In this document: positions 56,453 to 64,000 of the stretch, piece by piece
Position numbering within the stretch: the first letter of the stretch is position 1
Layout: the number at the start of each line of letters is the position of its first letter
Assembly (NCBI GenBank): GCA_963833225.1
Contig: CAWHXD010000008.1
Span: 64,001-128,000 of the forward strand
Direction of reading: 5' to 3'
DNA: 64,000 nt
From: an uncultured Chloroflexia bacterium
GTDB taxonomy: Bacteria; Chloroflexota; Limnocylindria; Limnocylindrales; CSP1-4
Notes under the pieces: generated by a model
The model's database searches: none
What the model was told of the DNA's origin: nothing
The model's input: only the letters and a program-made list of their open reading frames with translations
Program-made: the position numbers and the translations under genes

Positions 56453-57097
56453 ATGTGGTCGACACCCCTGACGCGCTCCGCGATCTCGTCGATCCGGTGG
56501 CGCTCCGCCCTCGGCGTGGTCGTCCTGCTGGCCGCGTTGGCCGGCTGCGCTGCCGGTGGTTCGGACACGTCCGCGGTCCCATCCACTGCGCCGTTGGCGG
56601 GTGACAACGTGCTCGCCACCCGCCTCGCTGCGATCGATGCCGCTGTCAACGAGTGGCAATCCGCGCCCGACGTCGCGACGGCGCGAACGGCGGCCGAGGA
56701 GGCGCGCAACCTGGTTGTCGGCCCGGCTGGCCCGTTCTACGGCGACGGGGACGGCGACGGCATGATCGAGGGGGTCAGCGCGATCGGCCTGCTGCCTGGG
56801 CTGGGTGGCGAACCGGGGCTCGCCACGCCCGCGGCGGGTGCCTGCGTGGTGCGCGACCTCCTCGGTGGCAGCTGGGCGGACCCTGCGGATCGCTGGGCCA
56901 CCCTTGAGACAGCGATCGACGAGTGGAGCTCCCTGAACAACACCTTCCCGACCCTGCCGAGCCATCCGCAGCGGCTGGTGGGGTGGGCGACGCTTGCCCT
57001 TGCGTCGGCGGACCTTCCGACGGTCCACGAGTACGGAGGGCACGCCCACCTGCACATCGCGGTCTCGATCCAGGCGACGACCGCCTGCACGCCGTAG
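56453..57097 (+). CDS. Putative lipoprotein
   Basis: Lipobox LAGC. Confidence 0.7.
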   Translation: MWSTPLTRSAISSIRWRSALGVVVLLAALAGCAAGGSDTSAVPSTAPLAGDNVLATRLAAIDAAVNEWQSAPDVATARTAAEEARNLVVGPAGPFYGDGDGDGMIEGVSAIGLLPGLGGEPGLATPAAGACVVRDLLGGSWADPADRWATLETAIDEWSSLNNTFPTLPSHPQRLVGWATLALASADLPTVHEYGGHAHLHIAVSIQATTACTP

Positions 57098-57246
57098 CCG
57101 CGCGAGCCTGCACGCCCTGCCGGTCTCCGGTCCACCTGTTCCGCGCCGGCGACCGCGCCGCCGATCGACCGTTGTGGACAGCAACGCGCGGGAGGCGCAT
57201 GGTGGTGACCCGTGGCACCGACCCGGCACCCGATGGAGGCACCTGC

Positions 57247-57318
57247 ATGGACAAGAAGGCCAAGACGCCCAAGAAGCCGAAGACGGCGAAGCCCAAGGGG
57301 ACGGCGAAGTCGGCCTAG
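57247..57318 (+). CDS. 23-aa lysine-rich small peptide
   Basis: SD GGAGG 57235-57239; MDKKAKTPKKPKTAKPKGTAKSA; all Lys codons AAG. Confidence 0.6.
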   Translation: MDKKAKTPKKPKTAKPKGTAKSA

Positions 57319-57653
57319 CTCTCCTGGCTGACTGCTGACCGCCTGCGGCGCGCCCCGGGTGCGGCCGGCGTCTGCGGTTCCGAACCTGCCAGCTACGGTT
57401 CCGTGATCACCAGCCCGCGTTCAGTGGGGGCGGTTCGTGGCGTCCTGATCGCCATCTGCATCAGGATCGGCCCCTCCCTACGGGGCCAAGGACCCGAAAC
57501 CCGGGTTTGAGCGCGCGGTCCCCGTGTGCGCACGGCGGATCTGATCCTGATCGCGTTCAGGTGAGCGACCGGGCTGGCCCCAAGGCGACGAGGGCGACCG
57601 GAGCGAGCACGACGAGGCGCCCGGGCATCGCCACGAGGGCGCCGAGCGGCTCG

Positions 57654-57911
57654 CTAGTAGCGGCGACGGGGGCCCGTCTCCTCCTTGACCTTCGGCTCGC
57701 GGCCGGGCCGCGGCGGCCGAGGCAGCGTGCCGGGCGCCATGTCGGGCGGCTTGGGCAGGGGTCCTCGCGCACGCGCGGCCTCGACCGCACGGGCGAACTC
57801 GGACGCCACCGGCGCCGGGATGCTCGCCTCCCAGGCGCGCTGGACTTCGACCATCCGGACCGACTCGGTGGCGCGCTGCTCGCGCTCGTTTCTTGACCGC
57901 TTCGTCATCAT
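57654..57911 (-). CDS. Small hypothetical protein
   Basis: MMTKRSRNEREQRAT...; coding bias. Confidence 0.55.
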   Translation of the reverse strand: MMTKRSRNEREQRATESVRMVEVQRAWEASIPAPVASEFARAVEAARARGPLPKPPDMAPGTLPRPPRPGREPKVKEETGPRRRY

Positions 57912-58050
57912 GCCTCGCAATCCGGGGGCCACCATGGCCCCGGGGCGGTCGATCGTACGCCCGTTGAGGCGATGGCGCGAGATTCGCCGGTGCGCCCCAG
58001 TACTGTCCGGTCGCTTGCGCCAAGTGGCGCGCGACGGCACCATTCCGCCC

Positions 58051-58722
58051 ATGGGACACCTGTGGCCGCTGTTCGACCTGCGCCTGCGCACGCCCCGTCT
58101 CGAGCTGCGGCTGCCCACGGACGACGATCTCCTCGCCCTCACCCGGATCGCCAGGAAGGGCGTCCACGACCTGGACCGGTCGCCGTTCATCGTGCCCTGG
58201 GACGAGCTGCCATCACCGGCGTTCGATCGGCAGTTCCTCCTCCATTGGTGGCAGGAGCGGGGCTCGTGGTCCCCGTCGGCATGGAAGCTGGGACTGGCGG
58301 TCATCGCGGACGGAGAGCCGATCGGCATCCAGGACGTGATCGCGGACGACTTCGCGAGGTCCCGGACGGTCCGCACCGGCTCCTGGCTCGGGCTGCCCTT
58401 CCACCGGCGCGGCTACGGGACGGAGATGCGGGCCGCCGTCCTGTGGTTCGCGTTCGAGGAGCTGGGCGCCGCCGTCGCCGAGTCGGGGTACATCGACGGC
58501 AACGGGGCGTCGGCGCGGGTCTCGGAGAAGCTGGGCTACGAGCCCAACGGCACCCGCCTGATGGACGCGCGGCCCGGCCACGAACGACAGGAGCACCTGG
58601 TGCGTGTCACGCCCGCGACATGGAGGCGCGACCTGGTCCCGGTGACGGTCGAGGGCATGGACGGATGCCAGGGGTTGTTCGGTGAGCGTGAGCTGGCTCC
58701 CGACAGCTGGATCACCCTGTGA
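58051..58722 (+). CDS. GNAT acyltransferase (RimJ/RimL, Rv0802c-like)
   Basis: LRLRTPRLELR, TGSWLG..HRRGYGTEMR, NGASARVSEKLGY. Confidence 0.88.
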   Translation: MGHLWPLFDLRLRTPRLELRLPTDDDLLALTRIARKGVHDLDRSPFIVPWDELPSPAFDRQFLLHWWQERGSWSPSAWKLGLAVIADGEPIGIQDVIADDFARSRTVRTGSWLGLPFHRRGYGTEMRAAVLWFAFEELGAAVAESGYIDGNGASARVSEKLGYEPNGTRLMDARPGHERQEHLVRVTPATWRRDLVPVTVEGMDGCQGLFGERELAPDSWITL

Positions 58723-60638
58723 GCCCCGTGACCAGCGAGCCTTCCGGTCCCGATCTGACGCCCGAGGCCGCGCCTGTGCCGGAGGCGCTGATCGAGCCGG
58801 TGGAGCCCGCCGGGCCGGCGACTCCCGAGGCCGAGGCGCGACCCGCCCGGCGGCGACGACGGTGGATCGCCGTTGCGCTGCTGCTGGTGCTGGTGCCGCT
58901 CGTCGCCGTCGGGGCGGTCGCGGGTGGCCTGCTCGCCTGGGATGCCGGGTACGAAGGCCTGGTGCTGCCCGGGGTCCACGTGGGCACCGTCGACCTGTCC
59001 GGGATGGACGGGGCGACGGCAGCGGCGGCCATCGACGCCGGCTACCCGCTTGGCGAGGGACGCATCGTCCTGCGCACGCCCGACGGGGACATCACGATCC
59101 CGTACGCCGACGTGGACCGACGCCCCGACACGGCAGCGCTCGTGGCGGAGGCGATGGCGGCGGGCCGTTCGGGCCAGCTGCTCGAGCGCGCGCGTGCGGA
59201 GATCGACCAGGCGATCAACGGCACCGTCATCGCCCCGCGGGTCCTGTTCGACGAGACCGCCCTCCGGGAGGCCATCGCTGCCAGGCTGGCAACGCTGGAT
59301 CGGCCGCCGGTGGATGCCACGATCACGATGCTTGCCGATGGCCCCGTCACAACCTCGTCGCAGGTGGGCCAGACGGTGATCGCGGAGCCGATCGTGGCCG
59401 CGGCGCTGGAGGCCGTCGCTCCGCTCGACGCTCCCGCCGACACCGTGATCGAGGTGTCACCCATCGCCGTCGCGCCGGCCGTGGACGCCTGGACCGTGGG
59501 TGAGGCCTCGGCTGCCGCCGAGCGGATGATCGGCGACGTGGTGGTCACCTTCCGCGACCAGAAATGGACCATCCGCGCGGCCACGGTCAGAAGCTGGATC
59601 CAATTTGAGGCACCCGGCAATGGGACGGTCTCCCCGGCCGTCGACAGGTCGATGATCGCCGCCGCACTCAAGAAGCCGACCAAGGCGGTGCTCAAGACGC
59701 CGGTGAATGCAGAGTTCCTCAAGGGCCGCGGGGGACGCATCGTGGGTGTGGTGGCCAGCAAGGACGGGCGCGAGCTGGATGCCGCGACGACCGCTGCGAG
59801 GATCGTCGTCGAGCTCGAGGGACGCGCCCTTGGCCCGCATCTCGCGCCGGTGAGCGTGGCCATCACGAAGACGTTCCCCAAGCTCACCACCGAGGAGGCT
59901 CGCAAGACCGCCCCGGTCATGACCCGGCTGGGGACGTGGAAGACGTATTTCCCGATCGGCGATCACAACTACTACGGCGCGAACATCTGGCGGCCGGCCG
60001 AGATCATCGACGGCACGATTCTCGCCCCTGGCGAGACGTTCGACTGGTGGCGGGCGATCTGGCCGGTCACCACCGCGCGCGGCTTTGGGCCGGGCGGCTA
60101 CATCGCCGGCAACCACACCGAACCCACCGGTGCCCTGGGTGGGGGGATGTGCTCAAGCTCCACGACGCTGTTCAATGCCGCGATGCGCGCCGGCCTGAAG
60201 ATGGGCGCCCGCTCAAATCACAAGTACTACATCGGCCGCTACCCGCTCGGGCTCGACGCAACGGTGTCCATCTCGCCGGGCGGTGGCCGCCAGACGATGT
60301 CGTTCACCAATGACACGGCCCACGCCATCCTGATCCGCGGGATCAAGATCCGACACGGCTCGGCGGGCTACGTGCGCTACGAGATCTGGGGCATCCCCGA
60401 CGGACGCACGGTGTCGATCAGCAATCCCGCGGTGACCAACGTGAGCAAGGCAACGACCAACATCGTGTACGTGGACAGCCTGCCCACGGGGGTGCGCGAG
60501 CAGACCGAGTACCCGTCCAACGGGATGAGCGTGTCGGTGACCCGCATCGTCCGCAACGCGAAGGGCAAGATCATCCACCGCGACACGTGGTACTCCCGCT
60601 ACGTGCTGTGGAACGGGCGGATCGAGATCGGCCGCTGA
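58719..60638 (+). CDS. VanW-family protein with putative peptidoglycan-binding domain
   Basis: TM helix; DGTILAPGETF, LGGGMCSSSTTLFNA, RYPLGLDATV. Confidence 0.88.
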   Translation: MSPVTSEPSGPDLTPEAAPVPEALIEPVEPAGPATPEAEARPARRRRRWIAVALLLVLVPLVAVGAVAGGLLAWDAGYEGLVLPGVHVGTVDLSGMDGATAAAAIDAGYPLGEGRIVLRTPDGDITIPYADVDRRPDTAALVAEAMAAGRSGQLLERARAEIDQAINGTVIAPRVLFDETALREAIAARLATLDRPPVDATITMLADGPVTTSSQVGQTVIAEPIVAAALEAVAPLDAPADTVIEVSPIAVAPAVDAWTVGEASAAAERMIGDVVVTFRDQKWTIRAATVRSWIQFEAPGNGTVSPAVDRSMIAAALKKPTKAVLKTPVNAEFLKGRGGRIVGVVASKDGRELDAATTAARIVVELEGRALGPHLAPVSVAITKTFPKLTTEEARKTAPVMTRLGTWKTYFPIGDHNYYGANIWRPAEIIDGTILAPGETFDWWRAIWPVTTARGFGPGGYIAGNHTEPTGALGGGMCSSSTTLFNAAMRAGLKMGARSNHKYYIGRYPLGLDATVSISPGGGRQTMSFTNDTAHAILIRGIKIRHGSAGYVRYEIWGIPDGRTVSISNPAVTNVSKATTNIVYVDSLPTGVREQTEYPSNGMSVSVTRIVRNAKGKIIHRDTWYSRYVLWNGRIEIGR

Positions 60639-60680
60639 CCGACGCGAGGCACGTGGCAGGTTGCCCCGACTGCCCCGCCC

Positions 60681-61346
60681 TCAGCCGTCGGAATCGAGGT
60701 AGGCGAGCACCGCGAGCACGCGCCGGTGATCGGTCCGCGAGTCCGGCAGGTCCAGCTTGGCGATGATGCTGCTGATGTGCTTCTCGGCCGCGCCCTCGGT
60801 GATCGTCAGCAGCTGCGCGATCCCGGCGTTGGTGCGGCCCTCGGCCATGGCGGCGAGGACCTCCCGCTCGCGTGGCGTCAGCGCACCGAGCCGGTCATCC
60901 TGGCGGCGTCGGACCATCAGCTGGGCGACGACCTCGGGATCCAGGGCGGTCCCACCCGACGCCACCCGGCGCAGCGCGTCGAGGAAGTCCCGGACATCCG
61001 CGACGCGGTCCTTGAGCAGGTAGCCGACACCACCCCCGCGGTCTGCGAGGAGCTCGCTCGCATACTGGCGCTCCACGTACTGGCTGAGGACGAGGATCGG
61101 GGTGCCCGGCACCAGGCGCCGCGCCTCGAGCGCCGCCCGGAGGCCCTCGTCGCGCTGCGTGGGCGGCATCCGGACATCGACCACGGACACGTCCGGCCGG
61201 TGCTCCACCGCGGCCTTCACGAACGAGGGTCCGTCGCCCGCCTTGGCGACGACGGTCGCACCGGACTCCTCGATGAGCCGCGTGAGGCCCTCGCGCAGCA
61301 GCACGGAATCCTCGGCGATGACGACGCGCAGGCCCTGGATCGACAT
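60681..61346 (-). CDS. NarL/LuxR-family response regulator
   Basis: VVIAEDS, VDVRMPP, GYLLKDR, LTPREREVL HTH. Confidence 0.93.
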   Translation of the reverse strand: MSIQGLRVVIAEDSVLLREGLTRLIEESGATVVAKAGDGPSFVKAAVEHRPDVSVVDVRMPPTQRDEGLRAALEARRLVPGTPILVLSQYVERQYASELLADRGGGVGYLLKDRVADVRDFLDALRRVASGGTALDPEVVAQLMVRRRQDDRLGALTPREREVLAAMAEGRTNAGIAQLLTITEGAAEKHISSIIAKLDLPDSRTDHRRVLAVLAYLDSDG

Positions 61347-61397
61347 GCGGCGATTCTGCCCCACTCGGGCCGCCTCGGCGAGGCGGTCCCACGCCCG

Positions 61398-61425
61398 ATG
61401 GTGGGGATTCCCCTACCCCCACCAT
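61398..61425. promoter_or_regulatory. Inverted repeat between regulator and kinase (putative regulator site)
   Basis: ATGGTGGGG...CCCCACCAT. Confidence 0.5.
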
Positions 61426-61578
61426 GCCCGCTGCCCGGCTGGGACCCCGACGCCGGGTGACCTACGGTCTACGCATGACGATCCGCCACGTCCCCAGGGA
61501 CGCCACGGCCATGCGGCTGCCGCAGCCCGACGACGGCGTGCCTCCCCGCCCGCTGCTCGTGGTGATAGGGTCGGCCCG

Positions 61579-62958
61579 ATGACCGCCAGCAGCACCCCCG
61601 CTCCGACGCCCGGGTCGCCCGTCCCTGGATCACCGGCCCCGGCGTCGCCTGCGCGCCGTCGCAACCCGGTCGTCTCGTTCCTGATCTCGCCGGTGGATCC
61701 GGCCACGTGGCGAGCCGTGTTCGCGATCGGCTTCGGGTTCATCGTCTCGATCTTCGCGATCTCGATCGTGTCGGCGCTGTTCTCGATGGGCGGCTCGCTG
61801 CTCCTGTTCCTGGTGGGCTTCGTGTTCGTCGGCCTGGGGATCGAGTCGGCGCGCCTGGTTGCCCGGGTCGAGCGCTGGCGGATGAGCCTGGTGGACGACA
61901 CGAGGCCCCTGATCCCCCACCCCTACAAGTCGGCCGACGTATCGCCCAGCGAGCCCTACGGACCCTGGATCCGCAAGCTCGCCGACGCCGCGTTCCTGGA
62001 CACGAGCCGCTGGCTCGACGTTGCCTACGTGCTGATCTCGTTCCCGCTGGCGATGATCGAGTTCACGGTCGCGGTCCTGCTGTGGATGCTGACGGTCGTC
62101 TTCCTGCTGACCCCGCTCGCGCTGCTCCTGCCGCGCCCGGACTGGATCGTGACCAAATTCGGCAACGGTCCCGTCTCGCCCGAGGGTGTGCTCGCGATCC
62201 TGTTCCTCATCGGGCTGGGCCTGCTCCCGATCGCTGCCTCGACAACCCGGGGCATGGCGATCCTGCACCGGTACGTCGTGGAAGGCCTGCTGTGCATCAG
62301 CCCGGCGCAGGCCCTGCGGCGCGACAACGAGCGGCTCCGTGGCAGCCGTGCCGCGGCCATCGAGCTCGAGGCCAGCGAGCTGCGCCGGATCGAGCGCGAC
62401 CTGCACGACGGCGCCCAGCAGCGCCTGGTCATGCTCGCCATCGACCTCACGCTCGCCGAGGACAAGCTCGACACGGACCCTGCGGCCGCGCGCAACCTGA
62501 TCACGGGTGCCCGGGACCAGGCCCGCCAGGCGCTGGCCGAGCTGCGCGAGGTCGTCCGCGGCTCCGCGCCGGCCATCCTGCTCGACCGCGGGCTCGCCGC
62601 GGCCCTCTCGGCGGTCGCGGGGCGGAGCACGGTTCCCACGTACATCGACAGCGCGATGGCCCCCAATGAGCGACTCCCCCACGGCGTCGAGCGGGCGGCG
62701 TACTACGTCGTCACCGAGGCCCTGACCAACGTCGCCAAGCACGCCGGTGCACGCCGGTGCGACGTCGCCATCCGGCGCTCCCCCGGCTGGCTGCTGGTCG
62801 AGATCCGGGACGATGGCGCCGGCGGCGCCACCCTGCAGTCCGGCGGCGGGCTCGCCGGGCTGCGAGACCGGGTGGAGGCGCTGGACGGGCGGCTGGAGCT
62901 GATCAGCCCGGCCGGGGGACCGACCGTCCTGCGGGTCTGGATGCCCGTCCCGGCCTAG
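61579..62958 (+). CDS. Sensor histidine kinase (HisKA_3) with membrane sensor domain
   Basis: ERDLHDGAQQRL, EALTNVAKHA, DDGAGGA, GLAGLRDRV. Confidence 0.92.
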   Translation: MTASSTPAPTPGSPVPGSPAPASPARRRNPVVSFLISPVDPATWRAVFAIGFGFIVSIFAISIVSALFSMGGSLLLFLVGFVFVGLGIESARLVARVERWRMSLVDDTRPLIPHPYKSADVSPSEPYGPWIRKLADAAFLDTSRWLDVAYVLISFPLAMIEFTVAVLLWMLTVVFLLTPLALLLPRPDWIVTKFGNGPVSPEGVLAILFLIGLGLLPIAASTTRGMAILHRYVVEGLLCISPAQALRRDNERLRGSRAAAIELEASELRRIERDLHDGAQQRLVMLAIDLTLAEDKLDTDPAAARNLITGARDQARQALAELREVVRGSAPAILLDRGLAAALSAVAGRSTVPTYIDSAMAPNERLPHGVERAAYYVVTEALTNVAKHAGARRCDVAIRRSPGWLLVEIRDDGAGGATLQSGGGLAGLRDRVEALDGRLELISPAGGPTVLRVWMPVPA

Positions 62959-62986
62959 CGGGTCGACGGCCGGCCGCGCCGTCCCG

Positions 62987-63006
62987 TATACTAGAACACC
63001 TGTTCT
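62987..63006 (+). promoter_or_regulatory. -10 element followed by a perfect LexA SOS box
   Basis: TATACT 62987-62992 directly followed by AGAAC-ACCT-GTTCT 62993-63006. Confidence 0.8.
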
Positions 63007-63026
63007 GTTCCCTCGGGAGACCGGCA

Positions 63027-63230
63027 ATGGCGGACTGGCTCGCGGACATCTCGACCGACCCCCGGCGCTTCCCGGTGGTCCATCACCGTCACGCCAACGG
63101 CACGCTCCGCGCGGAGCGGGACCGGACGCCGTCGGTGACCCTCGATCACGCGGGCCGCCGGGTGGAGCGCTGGACGTATGCCTGCGCCTGCGGCGAGCTG
63201 TACCTGTGGGACCGCCAGCCGACCCCATGA
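63027..63230 (+). CDS. Small hypothetical protein with HxH and CxC motifs, putatively SOS-regulated
   Basis: SD GGGAG; MADWLADIS...HHRH...YACACGE. Confidence 0.65.
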   Translation: MADWLADISTDPRRFPVVHHRHANGTLRAERDRTPSVTLDHAGRRVERWTYACACGELYLWDRQPTP

Positions 63231-63249
63231 GCGCTGGCGCCGCTGCCCA

Positions 63250-64000
63250 TCAGGCGGCCGGTGCCTCGCCTACCGGGCGCGGATCGGCGAGCTGGTGGCC
63301 GAGGCGGGCATCCGGCATCGTCCGCACGGCCACGATCCAGGCGGCGACCGCCGCGGCCGCCATCAGCCAGTAGGTCACGGTGAGGCCGCTCGCGAGGGCC
63401 GCGCGGCCCGCGTCCAGCTCCGCCGAGGACAGGCTGCCGCGCCGGAACGGATCGAGGATGGCCGATGAGGCGGTCCCGACGAACGCGGCCAGGATGCCGC
63501 CCATGAGCCCAACGCCGACGGCACCCCCGATCGTCCGGCTGAACTGCACCAGGCCCGTCGCGACGGCGCGCCGACCCCAGGCGACCGAGCCCTGGATGAT
63601 CACCAACAGTGTGGTCGACGAGAGCCCCATCCCGACGCCGGTGACCGCGCACGCCAGCGCCGCAAACCAGAGCCCGTCGATCCGGTCGAGCTGGGTGACG
63701 AGGAGCGCCCCGATGACGAGCATCGACGTCCCGCCGATCACGAGCGGCCTCGCGCCCACGCGGGCCAGCAGCCGGCCCGCCACGACAGATGCCAGCGGCC
63801 AGCCGATGGACATGGCGGCCACCGCTACGCCGGCCTCGAGCGGGGTGCCCAGGTGGACGCCTTGCACCATCGGCGGCACGAAGGTCGTCACCCCGAACAT
63901 CACGATGCCCGCGAGCGTGCCCACCAGGAGCCCGGCGCGGATCACGGGCGCCTTGAGGAGCTCAAGGTCCACGAGTGGATCCGGCGTCCGGCGAGCGTGA
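63250..64000 (-). CDS. MFS drug-efflux transporter, C-terminal part (5' end outside the window)
   Basis: Multiple TM helices; QFSRTIGGAVG motif. Confidence 0.88.
   Translation of the reverse strand, partial: HARRTPDPLVDLELLKAPVIRAGLLVGTLAGIVMFGVTTFVPPMVQGVHLGTPLEAGVAVAAMSIGWPLASVVAGRLLARVGARPLVIGGTSMLVIGALLVTQLDRIDGLWFAALACAVTGVGMGLSSTTLLVIIQGSVAWGRRAVATGLVQFSRTIGGAVGVGLMGGILAAFVGTASSAILDPFRRGSLSSAELDAGRAALASGLTVTYWLMAAAAVAAWIVAVRTMPDARLGHQLADPRPVGEAPAA

Noticed and set aside
20300-57100. Integron cassette array
   Set aside because: No integron integrase, no recurring attC structure seen, and mixed gene orientations

Overview
Very GC-rich bacterial chromosomal window. Gene content and style suggest Chloroflexota (Limnocylindria-like); this is inferred, not demonstrated. 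Several conserved genes are split by single-base frameshifts, most likely long-read assembly errors. 1-10 kb: housekeeping block (recX, rny, ymdB-like phosphoesterase, PHP, miaB, miaA, hflX). It ends in a DnaA-box-preceded promoter that appears to drive a candidate ~160-nt non-coding RNA built from repeated CUUG-tetraloop hairpins. 11-20.3 kb: defence island starting at a dif-like (Xer) site, with a possibly LexA-boxed HEPN-like/pPIWI-associated nuclease, a DUF4145-like protein, a type III R-M system (mod with a low-GC target-recognition region; res) interrupted by two small cargo genes, and an MmeI-type remnant. 20-57 kb: accessory region of large secreted Ig/RCC1/SLH proteins, papain-fold peptidases and five toxin-antitoxin/Fic modules (a sixth lies at 11.1 kb), most with visible operators and apparently leaderless promoters. 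It also holds a YcaQ-like glycosylase, an OtrA/TetM-like GTPase whose leader carries a copy of the 16S anti-SD, a PIN toxin fused to a duplicated integrase-SAM-like module, a 5'-3' exonuclease and an orphan DUF4280 PAAR-like gene. 57-64 kb: GNAT, VanW, a divergent two-component pair, a small gene with a perfect SOS box, and a partial MFS transporter. No rRNA, tRNA, CRISPR array or transposase/integrase was recognised.
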